From: an archaeon
GTDB lineage: Archaea > Nanobdellota > Nanobdellia > Pacearchaeales > GW2011-AR1
DNA length: 56,697 nucleotides
Direction: 5' to 3'
Assembly (NCBI GenBank): GCA_043817815.1
Contig: JBDRGM010000024.1
Location: 1-56,697 of the forward strand
The position numbers and the translations under genes are program-made. The notes below the pieces were generated by a model. The model was not told the origin of the DNA, searched no databases, and worked only from the letters and a program-made list of their open reading frames with translations. Position 1 is the stretch's first letter. Each line of letters begins with the position of its first letter. Shown here in pieces: positions 1-9,600 of this stretch.

Positions 1-387
1 ACTTGGGTAGATTCCCCCAAAAATTTTAGGAACAGGAATATCTTTAATCGCATTCGCAAGTTCTAATCCTTGGTCATAAGTCATTTCTAAAATAGAAAAT
101 CCAATCAACCCAGGATGATAATCCCAAACAGCTTTTCTAAAATCTTCTTTAAGTTTTTCAGGACTCATCTTTATCCTCTTAACACCGTATTTTTCTAAAT
201 CAACTTTGATAACTTGCCCAGAATCTTCACGATAAAAATCTCCGGTCTCCTTACCTGTATCATAAAAAGTAGTATCATAAAGTTTCACCTCATGCCCTGC
301 TGCTTTAAGATGACTAGAAAGAACAGAAACCCCAACAGGAATTAAACTATCCATTCTATCGTTTGGGTAAACAAGCATAACTCTCAT
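1..387 (-). CDS. Partial B12-binding-domain radical SAM protein (N-terminal 129 aa only; the rest lies beyond the left window edge)
   Basis: Own translation of the minus strand from the ATG at 387 gives MRVMLVYPNDRMDSLIPVGVSVLSSHLKAAGHEVKLYDTTFYDTGKETG..., open to position 1. The N-terminal architecture matches the seven complete B12-type radical SAM ORFs in the window. CxxxCxxC is not visible because of truncation. Not in the supplied ORF track. Confidence 0.5.
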   Translation of the reverse strand, partial: MRVMLVYPNDRMDSLIPVGVSVLSSHLKAAGHEVKLYDTTFYDTGKETGDFYREDSGQVIKVDLEKYGVKRIKMSPEKLKEDFRKAVWDYHPGLIGFSILEMTYDQGLELANAIKDIPVPKIFGGIYPS

Positions 388-433
388 GATAAAATTGTAA
401 TCTCACTCTCTTTTAAAGATTATCAAAGTAAAC

Positions 434-1528
434 TCAACATATCCTCTTCAAAATCTCTCCCAACCCTTCCTCAGTCAACACTCTTGGATTATTCTCTAAT
501 CTCTCGGGATTATTAAATGCATTTTCAATTACAAATTCTGCGTCAACACCCAATTTTGATAATCTTGTCTCTAAATCAATTCCCTCAATCAAACTATTAA
601 TTATTTCCGAAGCTTCTTCAACACTTCCCACACCAATAATCTCAACTAATTCATCAATTGTTTTCTTAACATGCCCTGCACCTCTTTTATCATTACAATC
701 TTCTTGAGTTACCTTTGAATTATATTTTAACATTTCTCCTAAAGTCAAACCAACAGCATGTCCGTGAGGAACATCAAGATAAGATGTCATTGGATAAGCA
801 AGTGCATGACAAGCAGTTGTTTTTGAGATATTAATTGCTTTGCCCGCCAGATTAGACGCCAGCATCATCTTTTCTTTTGCGTTTTTATCCTCGCTGTTAA
901 CAGCTCTTTCTAAGTTTTCAAATACTAATCTAACTGATTCTTCTGCAAATCTTTTTGATTCATTTGTTGAATGAATTGACCAGTAAGATTCAATTGCCTG
1001 ACTCAAAGCATCCATACCATTAGAAGCTGCAATTTTTTTAGGAAGATTATAAACAAATTGTGGGTCGCAAATTGAATAATTTGGAAGAGTAATCTCCGGC
1101 TCTCCTTTAGATTGTTTTTCTTTTTCAATATAATAAACAATAAAATAAGTTGCTTCACTTCCTGAACCTGCTGTTGTTGGAATTGCAACCAAGGGAATTT
1201 TCTCACCAGTCTGCTGAAAATCAAAAAGCTTAATCGCTTTTGCAACATCAATTGCACTTCCACCACCAATACCCATAATACAATCATAATCTCTTTCATT
1301 GAATATTCCAAATCCCTTTTCTATTTCTTCTATTTTTGGATTAGGAGAAAAATCACAAAATCTTTCATAATCAACATCTTTTAAATTTTCTTCTATCCCT
1401 CTTTTTGCTCCACAAGTTTCATAAGAATTCCTTCCAGTAACAAGAAAAACATTTTTAGCATTTTCTCGTTCTAAAATATCTTTTAGATTCTTAATACTTC
1501 CGAAGCCGAAATGTTCTTGTTGAGTCAT
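434..1528 (-). CDS. Iron-containing (group III) alcohol dehydrogenase; by context phosphonoacetaldehyde reductase-like (FomC/PhpC type)
   Basis: 364 aa. Carries the GGGSAIDVAKAIK motif and the His-rich metal region CHALAYPMTSYLDVPHGHAVG typical of the Fe-ADH family. Its ATG overlaps the stop of the upstream Ppd-fusion gene (ATGA at 1525-1528). The substrate assignment is contextual inference. Confidence 0.75.
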   Translation of the reverse strand: MTQQEHFGFGSIKNLKDILERENAKNVFLVTGRNSYETCGAKRGIEENLKDVDYERFCDFSPNPKIEEIEKGFGIFNERDYDCIMGIGGGSAIDVAKAIKLFDFQQTGEKIPLVAIPTTAGSGSEATYFIVYYIEKEKQSKGEPEITLPNYSICDPQFVYNLPKKIAASNGMDALSQAIESYWSIHSTNESKRFAEESVRLVFENLERAVNSEDKNAKEKMMLASNLAGKAINISKTTACHALAYPMTSYLDVPHGHAVGLTLGEMLKYNSKVTQEDCNDKRGAGHVKKTIDELVEIIGVGSVEEASEIINSLIEGIDLETRLSKLGVDAEFVIENAFNNPERLENNPRVLTEEGLGEILKRIC

Positions 1529-4017
1529 TTTAATAAATTACTTGAGTATTCCACAAGTTCGTCCCATCCATTAACTTTTTTAATATTGGAGAGTACTTCA
1601 TTTTCACTTCCTCCAAAAAGCAAACAATTTACTTCCACTTGCTCATTAGGCATATGCCTAACATCATCATCAACAAATAAACAAGCATTATGGTATTTCG
1701 CAATACCCACCTTTTTTGAACCTGCAATTGGGTTGACATTTGCATATAGGGGGTCTTGTACAGAATAAATTCCTTTAAAACAATTGGATATATTATATTG
1801 CCTGCACCATTCTCTTAGGTTTTCTGTGTGGTCTTCTCTTCTCTGCGATACAAGATATAAATCCGCTATTTTCGACAAATTAAAGATTCCATTTAGTGCT
1901 CCTTCTTTTGGAGAAATTTGCAATGTGCCTTCCCTAGAATAAACATAAAAGCCCATTTGATCGTAAACTTTTTCTCCAATCATAGGAACAAGTTCTGGTT
2001 TGCTACATTGATAGGGTTTTAAATTCTCTAGAAATCTTCTGTCTTCTTGGAAATTTTCTTTGAGCCATTGAATTTTTTTTGCTCCAGTATCTAAAATAAC
2101 ATCATCCCCATCCAATAAAACTACTGGTTTGATTGTCCCAAAAGACCTCATAAACATTTCTTTATTTTCTTGAGGAGTAGAAGTTGGTCTTCCAAGGTCT
2201 TTTCTCGCACCCTTATTAACTTTAACAACAATCATATTAGGTCCTTCAAAATATTTCATTCCTTTTATTGAATTCACCAAATCTTGTTTCTTTTCAACTG
2301 TTTTAACATTATTATATCCGCAAGCTCTTGCAACTTCCCCAAAATCAACATTACTTGAATTTGTTGGCTGCCCCCCTGTTGAATCATAGGAACTATTATC
2401 AAAAATTATATGCGTAAAATTTTTTGGTTTGTAATTTCCTATTGTAGATAATGCTCCCATCTGCATCAGAACTGCTCCGTCTCCATCAAAACAATAAACT
2501 TTTTTATCTGGCTTTTGCAATGCTATTTCTGCAGCAATTGAAGCAGAACAACCCATGCTACCAACAGTCAAAAAATCTTTTGGAGTTTCTCCCCGATTAA
2601 TTCTTAGTTCAAATAATTCTCTTGAGGTTTTTCCAGTAGTGGATATAACTACCTCATTCCCTTGAAGATTGTCAATAACAGTTTTAATTGCATTTTCTCT
2701 TGACATTTCATAAGCGGTTCTAAAAATATTTCTTGGATTATATTCTTCAAAAGTTTTTTTTTTAATAATTATTGCAGATGCATAGTTATTTTGTTCTGCA
2801 GTTTCCTTAGCACGACTTATAACCTCTCTTGCTTCTTCAATATTACCTGGCAAGATTTCATAAGGAATTTCCAATGTCTTAAGCTGCGACTCCATAATTC
2901 TTCCCATCATTTTATGTTGTGGTTCATCTGGCTTTTCAGGTTCTCCTCTCCAACCAATCATCAAAACCATTGGAATAGCATAGACTTCTTTTGATGCTAA
3001 AGATGTTAAGGGGTTTACTATTTTTCCAAGTCCTGAATTCTGCATGTAAACAACACCTGTTTTTCCTGTTGAAAGATGATATCCTGTTGCATGAGCAACA
3101 GCTTCGCATTCATTACAAGCAACTCTGTTTATTAAGCCATTTCCATCTCCTAAAAATTTCATCCAATCTTTAAAAGTAGAATCAGGAACACCTGAAAAAA
3201 AAGTTAAATCATTTTCCTTAAATGCATTTGCTAACTCATGACAAGAAATTATAGCTTCTTTTTTGGGTTTTAAATATTCTTTTGCCTCTTCTAAATCTTC
3301 TGGATGATCTATCTCTGCGCATTCTCTTTTGGATAAAATAGAGTTGATGGTGTTTCCTTCTTCTATCAATCTCCGAAGAAGAAAAGAAGGTGAAGGAAAT
3401 TTAGAAATTTCTCCAGATTCAATTAAATTTTTTATTCTCCCAATAAATTCATTACTCCCTGTTTTTGAAAATTTTAAAATCCCAACAGTCTCTCCACTAG
3501 TCTCTTCAGGACCTAATTCTTTTGAAATTTTTTTAATAATGCCTCTTTCAATTAGAACTTTTGTTGAGCCTTTTTCAATTCTTTCTCCATGATAACTTTC
3601 GTAAGATTCTTCTATTCCATATTGAATTTTTTTAAAATTATCAACAACAATACAGAAATCATTATTATCCTGAAGGAGATTTTTGATAACTTCCTCTTCA
3701 ATATAGACATCACCCATGAGAAGAATAAACGGTGATTCTAATTCTTCTCTTGCACAATATAAACTTTCTAAAACTCCCGTTTCACTATATCTTGGATTTA
3801 AATAAAATTTTAAATTAAAATCTTTTGTGGCTTCTATAATCTTCTCTTTTTTGTAACCTACAACAACACTGATATCATTGATTCCATTTTTTTTCAAAAC
3901 TTCAACTTGATTTCTGATTATTGATTTCCCATTTATTTCTAAAAGACATTTTGGGTTATCTTTTGTCAATTCCCCCATTCTTGATCCAATTCCTGCAGAG
4001 AGTATTATCGCCTTCAT
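1525..4017 (-). CDS. Three-domain fusion: LicC/PntC-type nucleotidyltransferase + phosphonopyruvate decarboxylase (ThDP) + HAD-like phosphatase domain
   Basis: 830 aa. aa 1 to about 250: MKAIILSAGIGSRMGELTKDNPKCLLEING (NTP-transferase G-rich loop). aa about 255-625: FFSGVPDSTFKDW ... CFDGDGAVLMQMG ... IIFDNSSYDSTGGQ (Ppd-like with a ThDP GDG..N motif). aa about 635-830: VVLLDGDDVILDTG and ACLFVDDDVRH (HAD motifs I and IV). Confidence 0.8.
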   Translation of the reverse strand: MKAIILSAGIGSRMGELTKDNPKCLLEINGKSIIRNQVEVLKKNGINDISVVVGYKKEKIIEATKDFNLKFYLNPRYSETGVLESLYCAREELESPFILLMGDVYIEEEVIKNLLQDNNDFCIVVDNFKKIQYGIEESYESYHGERIEKGSTKVLIERGIIKKISKELGPEETSGETVGILKFSKTGSNEFIGRIKNLIESGEISKFPSPSFLLRRLIEEGNTINSILSKRECAEIDHPEDLEEAKEYLKPKKEAIISCHELANAFKENDLTFFSGVPDSTFKDWMKFLGDGNGLINRVACNECEAVAHATGYHLSTGKTGVVYMQNSGLGKIVNPLTSLASKEVYAIPMVLMIGWRGEPEKPDEPQHKMMGRIMESQLKTLEIPYEILPGNIEEAREVISRAKETAEQNNYASAIIIKKKTFEEYNPRNIFRTAYEMSRENAIKTVIDNLQGNEVVISTTGKTSRELFELRINRGETPKDFLTVGSMGCSASIAAEIALQKPDKKVYCFDGDGAVLMQMGALSTIGNYKPKNFTHIIFDNSSYDSTGGQPTNSSNVDFGEVARACGYNNVKTVEKKQDLVNSIKGMKYFEGPNMIVVKVNKGARKDLGRPTSTPQENKEMFMRSFGTIKPVVLLDGDDVILDTGAKKIQWLKENFQEDRRFLENLKPYQCSKPELVPMIGEKVYDQMGFYVYSREGTLQISPKEGALNGIFNLSKIADLYLVSQRREDHTENLREWCRQYNISNCFKGIYSVQDPLYANVNPIAGSKKVGIAKYHNACLFVDDDVRHMPNEQVEVNCLLFGGSENEVLSNIKKVNGWDELVEYSSNLLK

Positions 4018-5045
4018 TTTTTTCTTAACACTGGAAAAGTCTCCAAGATATTTTTATAATTTCCCATTACTATCCCAGAACCTTTTTTAATTAATTCTGG
4101 AATTTTTTCTTTGGGAATAAAAGGGGCGGGGCTTGAGCCAGCGATTCTGTATAATATTGTTGCTCCCGCATATTTAACCATTCTTCTTTCAATCCCTTCC
4201 AATCCAAGAGAAGTTATTTCATCCAGATATCCCTTGGCAATAGATTCAATTGCAGATTCTGTTATATTGTTATTTCCATTTAATAATGCAAATAAAAGAT
4301 AATGCCCTGTAGCAAGACCAATATCATAAGCAGGATCACCTATTCCTGAAGCAGTTTCAAAATCAACTATTCCAATACCTGCATTTGGTCTTTGAAAAAT
4401 ATTTTTAGGACAGCAATCAGCATTAATAAGGACATTATATTTATGTCTTGTATTAGCACTATCATAAAGCCTTCGCAATTCTCCCAACACTTTTTCATCT
4501 TTAACTTTTATTCCTGTTGTTCTTGCATTAAGCATGAGTTCCCAATTTTCTCTATCTTCCTTTTTCTTCCTAATATTATTTCTTTTTCCATATGTATGTT
4601 TGTGGGAAATTCCTAAAAACAATCCGATATTTCCAGCAACATCTTTCTTAAAATCCCCTTTTAAGAGGGCTTCTTGAAGTAGAACTCCCCCATCTCCTTT
4701 AACATCAGAAGTAATTAGGATATTGTTTAGAGAATCATAAGAAAAGACTTTCGGTATTCTAATCTCTTGAGGCATAATATTTTCAAGAGAGAGAAGAGCA
4801 TTCTTTTCAGATTCAATTCTCTGTGGAGGAAGAGATTGCAAATCATTTCCCACTTTTTCAGGATATTTTACTTGTTCGAGTGCTTGTTTAAAATAAACAT
4901 CTCCTTTATCTGTTCCTACCCGATATACAAAATTTAAAAGTCCTATATCAATAAACTCTGTTTCTTTTACTTCTGCATCTAGCAAATCTTTGCATTTATT
5001 AACAAAATATCTCTCTCTAAAATCTGGGTCTCTTAATTCTCTCAT
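4014..5045 (-). CDS. APH/choline-kinase/methylthioribose-kinase-fold small-molecule kinase
   Basis: 343 aa. Catalytic-loop-like INADCCPKNIF and metal-binding IGIVDFETAS (DFE equivalent of DFG). N-terminal FIDIGLLNFVYRV resembles the MTR/choline kinase nucleotide loop. Start and stop overlap neighbours (ATGA at 4014-4017). Substrate unknown. Confidence 0.6.
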   Translation of the reverse strand: MRELRDPDFRERYFVNKCKDLLDAEVKETEFIDIGLLNFVYRVGTDKGDVYFKQALEQVKYPEKVGNDLQSLPPQRIESEKNALLSLENIMPQEIRIPKVFSYDSLNNILITSDVKGDGGVLLQEALLKGDFKKDVAGNIGLFLGISHKHTYGKRNNIRKKKEDRENWELMLNARTTGIKVKDEKVLGELRRLYDSANTRHKYNVLINADCCPKNIFQRPNAGIGIVDFETASGIGDPAYDIGLATGHYLLFALLNGNNNITESAIESIAKGYLDEITSLGLEGIERRMVKYAGATILYRIAGSSPAPFIPKEKIPELIKKGSGIVMGNYKNILETFPVLRKK

Positions 5046-5054
5046 CTTAAGTTT

Positions 5055-6422
5055 TTATCTCCCTCCATGAATCAATTCTAAAATTTCTTTAATAGGCATG
5101 CAATCCCCCTCACATTCATGAGCTCTTCCATGAAGTAGTATTCCCTCAGCTGTCTTTTTCATTGCAGGATATGCACTTCTAAGAAGATGATTTGCATAAA
5201 TCACCATGTTCACCCCGACATCAATTAATTCTTCTTCTTTAATATGACTGTATGCAGAAGGAACCGCCACTAAAGGAACTTTGTTTTCAAATTTAGAATA
5301 CTCTTTGCAAAATTCAAAAATTTCTTTGCAATCCTTTTTTTTGCTGTGAATCATTATTGCATCTGCACCTGCTTTAATATATGCTTGTGCCCGAATCAAA
5401 GCATCATAAATCCCTTTGCCTAAAATCAAACTTTCAATTCTTGCTATAATCATGAAATCTTGTTCTAATTGTGCCCTTTTTCCATTAGAAATTTTTTCTG
5501 CAAATCTTGAAACCTCTTCTTGCACCTGCTCAACTTCAGTTCCAAATAAAGAATTTTTTTTCAGCCCGGTTTTATCTTCGATTATAACTGCAGATACTCC
5601 CAATCTTTCTAAGGTTCTAACCATAAATGTAAAATGTTCAATTTCTCCACCATTGTCTCCATCTAATATAATTGGTTTTGTTGTTGAATCTAAAACCTGT
5701 GTTATAGTATTAATTCTTGAAGTTAAATCAACAATTCCTGTATCTGGCTTACCTTTAGATACTGAATCAGTAAGACTACTTATCCAGACTCCATCAAATT
5801 CTTTTTTTGAATGGTCTTTTTTAACAACTGTTTTTTCAGCTATTAATGCAGTCAACCCATTATGAACCTCAAGAATCCTAATCATTGGTTTAAATTCAAA
5901 TAGTCTTCTTAATCTTTTCATTCTGACCTCTGAAGTTATCCCTATCTCTTTCATTCCTTCTTGTAATTTTGTTGAAGAAATATTTTTTGTGTAGGGCACT
6001 TCAATCATTTGCCCTCCCCATTCACTCAATGCATCTATCACTCTTTGCCGAATGTTTTGTTGAATACCTGTTCTCCAATCATCTCCGTGGACAACATAAT
6101 CTGGTCTGACTTTTCTCAAAGTTGGAACATAATCAAAATTTTCCTGTGGAACTACTTCCTTCACCCCCTTTATATTTTCCGCAATTATTCTTCTCTGTTC
6201 AAATGGAATCAAAGGAACTCTCTTATAACTTGCAATTGCTTCATCAGTTAGTAAACCAACAACAACATCCCCATATTTAACTGCTTCTCTTATAATATTA
6301 ATATGCCCATGGTGCAATAAATCTGCACATAATCCTACATAAACTTTCTTTCTACGCCCTTCGCTGAAATTGCCAATCTCTTCAGTATTTTCCAGGTTCA
6401 AATCTTTTTTCTCTTGTGTCAT
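5055..6422 (-). CDS. pepM: Bifunctional cytidylyltransferase - phosphoenolpyruvate mutase (Fom1-type fusion)
   Basis: N-terminal half: [23 protein letters not shown] (HxGH cytidylyltransferase motif). C-terminal half: [19 protein letters not shown], i.e. the EDKxxxxxNS signature that separates PEP mutase from other isocitrate-lyase-superfamily members. The track start 6464 is a TTG; the ATG at 6422 (MTQEKKDL...) is preferred. It still overlaps the upstream radical SAM gene by 41 nt. Confidence 0.85.
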   Translation of the reverse strand: MTQEKKDLNLENTEEIGNFSEGRRKKVYVGLCADLLHHGHINIIREAVKYGDVVVGLLTDEAIASYKRVPLIPFEQRRIIAENIKGVKEVVPQENFDYVPTLRKVRPDYVVHGDDWRTGIQQNIRQRVIDALSEWGGQMIEVPYTKNISSTKLQEGMKEIGITSEVRMKRLRRLFEFKPMIRILEVHNGLTALIAEKTVVKKDHSKKEFDGVWISSLTDSVSKGKPDTGIVDLTSRINTITQVLDSTTKPIILDGDNGGEIEHFTFMVRTLERLGVSAVIIEDKTGLKKNSLFGTEVEQVQEEVSRFAEKISNGKRAQLEQDFMIIARIESLILGKGIYDALIRAQAYIKAGADAIMIHSKKKDCKEIFEFCKEYSKFENKVPLVAVPSAYSHIKEEELIDVGVNMVIYANHLLRSAYPAMKKTAEGILLHGRAHECEGDCMPIKEILELIHGGR

Positions 6423-7800
6423 TTTTATTATACTCTCTATTAAATTTAGCAGCAAGTTCTTCAACTTCTACTGATGTAAAGTCCTTTGTGTTAATATTCC
6501 CTAATTTGAATAACTGCTCATTCCAACCAGCACCCTTTCTCAAATAATCTTTTTTTTCGCATATATTTAACAATTCTGAACCTACTAATGGAGTTGCAGC
6601 AAAAAAACTTGAACTATCAAATCCACAATCACTCACAAAATTATATGTCTCATTCATATTTTCAATTGTTTCTCCAGGTAAACCACAAATAGCAAAAGAA
6701 TGAACCTTAATCCCAATTTCTTGGGCTTTTTTTACAAGGGGTTTCACCTTCGCTAAATCAAGTGGCTTCTTGACAATTTCATTTAAAACTCTTTGATTTC
6801 CACTTTCAACAGCAAATGTTAGCTGATAAAATCCAGCCTCCTTCATTTTTTCTAGCAATTCATTATCTAATGCCCACGCAGCAAGACCTTGCGGAGCACA
6901 CAAATGCAATCCAAAATCTTTAATTGCATCTAGAATTTCCATAGCTCTATTTTTATTTAATGTAAAATTATCGTCTGTAATCTGAATTTCATCTATATTA
7001 TATTTCTCTTTTAGTTCCTTTATTTCATTAATGACACTTTGTGCGCTTCTTCCCCTATAACGATTTCCCCAAAAATTTGTTGTTGTGCAAAAAACACATC
7101 TAGCAGAGCACCCTCTTGAAGTCATAATCTGAGCAATTCTTTTTCCTTTTGGGTATGGATTTTGAGGAGTATTTATCCTAAAATACATTTCCATATTTAA
7201 TAAATGTCTTGCAGGAAAAGACAGACTATTCAAATCCCCAATATACTGCTTTTTCGAATTAATGAATTTAATCCCTTCATATTTTCCAGCCAAGCCATCT
7301 ATTTCTGAAACATCTTTATCATTATTCAGAGCATCAAGTAATTGAGAAGTAGGAAGTTCCCCCTCTCCCAAAACAATAAAATTAACTATATCTAAAAAAT
7401 CTCCTACAGCATAAGTTGGATGTGAACCTCCAACTAATGTGATTATATCTTCATCAACTTCTTTAGTAATTTTTAAAACATGTTTCGCATTTCCCGCTTG
7501 CGAAGAAAATATGCAGGAAACACCAACAACGTCTGGTTTAAATCCATCAATTTTTTTCTTTACTGTTTCATCATCCAACCCATAAGTCACAAATTTCCCA
7601 TCATCACTTTCAACAGCATTATCATACCCCTCATTAGCAATATCTAAAATTTTAACTTCATAACCCTCTCTCTCCAAAAATCCTCCCAAATAAGCAAGAC
7701 CAATTGGTGTTATGCACCTCCTGACATCCTCCTTGAATAATGTATACCTCGGAACCATCAACATTACTTTTTGCACCTTTTTTACACAATCTTTTATCAT
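6382..7800 (-). CDS. B12-binding-domain (class B) radical SAM enzyme, Fom3-like by context
   Basis: 472 aa. N-terminal Rossmann-like B12-type domain (MLMVPRY...[22 protein letters not shown]; VGGSHPT). Radical SAM cluster motif [14 protein letters not shown] (CxxxCxxC). First gene of the phosphonate operon. Confidence 0.85.
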   Translation of the reverse strand: MIKDCVKKVQKVMLMVPRYTLFKEDVRRCITPIGLAYLGGFLEREGYEVKILDIANEGYDNAVESDDGKFVTYGLDDETVKKKIDGFKPDVVGVSCIFSSQAGNAKHVLKITKEVDEDIITLVGGSHPTYAVGDFLDIVNFIVLGEGELPTSQLLDALNNDKDVSEIDGLAGKYEGIKFINSKKQYIGDLNSLSFPARHLLNMEMYFRINTPQNPYPKGKRIAQIMTSRGCSARCVFCTTTNFWGNRYRGRSAQSVINEIKELKEKYNIDEIQITDDNFTLNKNRAMEILDAIKDFGLHLCAPQGLAAWALDNELLEKMKEAGFYQLTFAVESGNQRVLNEIVKKPLDLAKVKPLVKKAQEIGIKVHSFAICGLPGETIENMNETYNFVSDCGFDSSSFFAATPLVGSELLNICEKKDYLRKGAGWNEQLFKLGNINTKDFTSVEVEELAAKFNREYNKNDTREKRFEPGKY

Positions 7801-7861
7801 TACATATAATTATATACAATTACTTTTTAAAGATTGCTTAGTATTCTTAGGTAATAAAATT

Positions 7862-8083
7862 TTAGATATAACCCAATTTCTCTAACCGATTCTTAATCTC
7901 TCTCTCTGTTTTTTTATCTAAAACTTCTCCATCAATAGAATCAGGGGAAGAAAGAATCTGCCTCAAGATAAAACAAATATACGCAGAAACAGAATGCATA
8001 CCTGTTCCTTTAATTTTTTCCTTAATAGAATTTATCAAAGGCATAGGCAGTGAAACTGTACCATACTCTCTATCTTTTTCCAT
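7862..8083 (-). CDS. Ribbon-helix-helix (CopG-like) small DNA-binding protein
   Basis: 73 aa. GTVSLPMPLINSIKEKIKGTGMHSVSAYICFILRQIL fits a beta-strand/helix/helix RHH layout. The C-terminal tail RLEKLGYI is shared with ORF 9601..9885. Confidence 0.45.
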   Translation of the reverse strand: MEKDREYGTVSLPMPLINSIKEKIKGTGMHSVSAYICFILRQILSSPDSIDGEVLDKKTEREIKNRLEKLGYI

Positions 8084-8164
8084 AATTTATTTATGAGAAG
8101 ACTATATTAAAACATTTCTATTAATCCCATAAAAATTTAAAAATAGCTATAAACTACGAATTAA

Positions 8165-9598
8165 ATGCAAAAGAAAAATAATAAACCAAACATAATTTTT
8201 ATAACAATAGATGCCTTAAGGGCAAGAAACCTTGGCTGCTATGGTTATCACAGAAACACCTCCCCAAATTTAGACTCCTATGCAAAACAAGGAGTTTTGT
8301 TTGAGAAGTTTTTTTCCTCTTATAATTGTTCTCACAAATCATTTTTGTCAATTCTTAGTGGAAGACATGTGTTAGGACAGGACCTCGAGCACTATCCTTC
8401 AAAAAGAGAGATGAAATCCTTTTTTGATACAGGAGGAATTCTTTTGTCTGAAATACTTCAGAAAAATGGATATAAAACACATTTTTTAAGAAAACTATTT
8501 GGCTGGCAAAAGATTGGTTTTGATTACTCCCTTAAACAAGAGGCCCAAGAAGCATCTAAAAAGTGGAATATAATCAGATTTATTAAAAAAAGCAATAAGA
8601 TTTATAACATAGCACAATACGTCTTACATAACTCTTACGCTATTCCTGAAAAATTAGAAAGTAAAATAAGGTCGAATAACACTGGAGAAACAGCCACAAA
8701 TGAAGCAATAGAAATAATAAGGCAAAACAAAAAAAATAATTTTTTCTTATGGCTCCATTATACTGACGCTCATGTTCCCCACATTTTTCCACACTCATTT
8801 AGTGGCAAATTCACACCAAAAAAAGAAAGCAAGAGAATATTTGAAATCCCTGAATTCAATAAACGTAATAAAAAGGATATAGGTTTTTTAAAAGCCTGCT
8901 GGAAAGCTAAAGACACTGTTGAAGACATAATCGCAAAATATGATACAGCCATCTCATATGATGATTGCCTGATAAGTAAAATCGTAGATACTTTAAAAGA
9001 AGAAGATTTATTAAAAGACACAATTATATTCATTTTTGCAGACCATGGAGAAAGCCTAAAGGAGCATGGATTATATTTCACCCATTGCGGTTTTTATGAT
9101 ACTACTTTTCATATACCTTTAATCCTCTTTGGAAAAGGAATTTTAAAAAACAAAAGAATAAAGGCATTAACTCAATTAGAGGATATTACCCCCACTATCT
9201 TAGATTTAGCAAAGATAGAATATGATCCTGCTTTATTCGATGGTAAAAGTTTAGTTCCTCTAATGACTGAAGAAAAAGACAAGATAAGAGAATCTATTTT
9301 TATGGAAGAAAGGGCTTGTGGACTAATAAAAAGGGGAATAAGAACTGAAAAATATAAATACAGCGAATCACCTGAATCGGGATATTCAACATGCCTTCTT
9401 TGTAACACAAATCATGGAGGAACTGTTAATTTGTATGATTTGGAGAAAGACCCAGAAGAAAATATAAACCTTGCAAAAGAAGATAAAAAAATTTTAATTA
9501 AAATGAAATCAAAACTAAATAAAACAATAAAAGATTTGAAAACAACAGATGAGAAAAGAAGAATAAAAACTTTTATTAATAAGACTCTACATAGATAA
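8165..9598 (+). CDS. Alkaline-phosphatase/sulfatase-superfamily protein lacking the canonical formylglycine signature
   Basis: 477 aa. N-terminal NIIFITIDALRARNLGCYGY (metal-ligand Asp region) and IFADHGESLKEHG (sulfatase-family DHGE motif). The position where C/S-x-P-x-R is expected reads NCSHKSFLSILSGR. Confidence 0.7.
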   Translation: MQKKNNKPNIIFITIDALRARNLGCYGYHRNTSPNLDSYAKQGVLFEKFFSSYNCSHKSFLSILSGRHVLGQDLEHYPSKREMKSFFDTGGILLSEILQKNGYKTHFLRKLFGWQKIGFDYSLKQEAQEASKKWNIIRFIKKSNKIYNIAQYVLHNSYAIPEKLESKIRSNNTGETATNEAIEIIRQNKKNNFFLWLHYTDAHVPHIFPHSFSGKFTPKKESKRIFEIPEFNKRNKKDIGFLKACWKAKDTVEDIIAKYDTAISYDDCLISKIVDTLKEEDLLKDTIIFIFADHGESLKEHGLYFTHCGFYDTTFHIPLILFGKGILKNKRIKALTQLEDITPTILDLAKIEYDPALFDGKSLVPLMTEEKDKIRESIFMEERACGLIKRGIRTEKYKYSESPESGYSTCLLCNTNHGGTVNLYDLEKDPEENINLAKEDKKILIKMKSKLNKTIKDLKTTDEKRRIKTFINKTLHR

Positions 9599-9600
9599 AA

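Noticed and set aside
1003-1311. Numerous 60-150-aa ORFs in the track lying antisense or out of frame inside long genes. Examples: 1003..1311, 1511..1768, 2791..3592, 4111..4616, 5416..6251, 8770..9408, 14459..15475, 21551..21926, 29510..30109, 30742..31110, 32302..32931, 38564..39423, 40053..40442, 41274..42035, 43389..44120, 46986..47339, 48430..48685, 51939..52326 and 55699..56124.
   Set aside because: All are fully embedded in much longer ORFs that carry clear enzyme motifs. Their translations are Phe/Leu/Ile/Ser-rich low-complexity strings, as expected from the antisense of AT-rich coding DNA.
1-7800. A complete fosfomycin biosynthetic gene cluster.
   Set aside because: The early steps are mirrored. 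However, no HppE-type cupin epoxidase, FomD-type hydrolase or FomA/FomB-type resistance kinases were recognised in the window, and the kinase present has an APH fold. A glycan or lipid phosphonate decoration is the more parsimonious reading.
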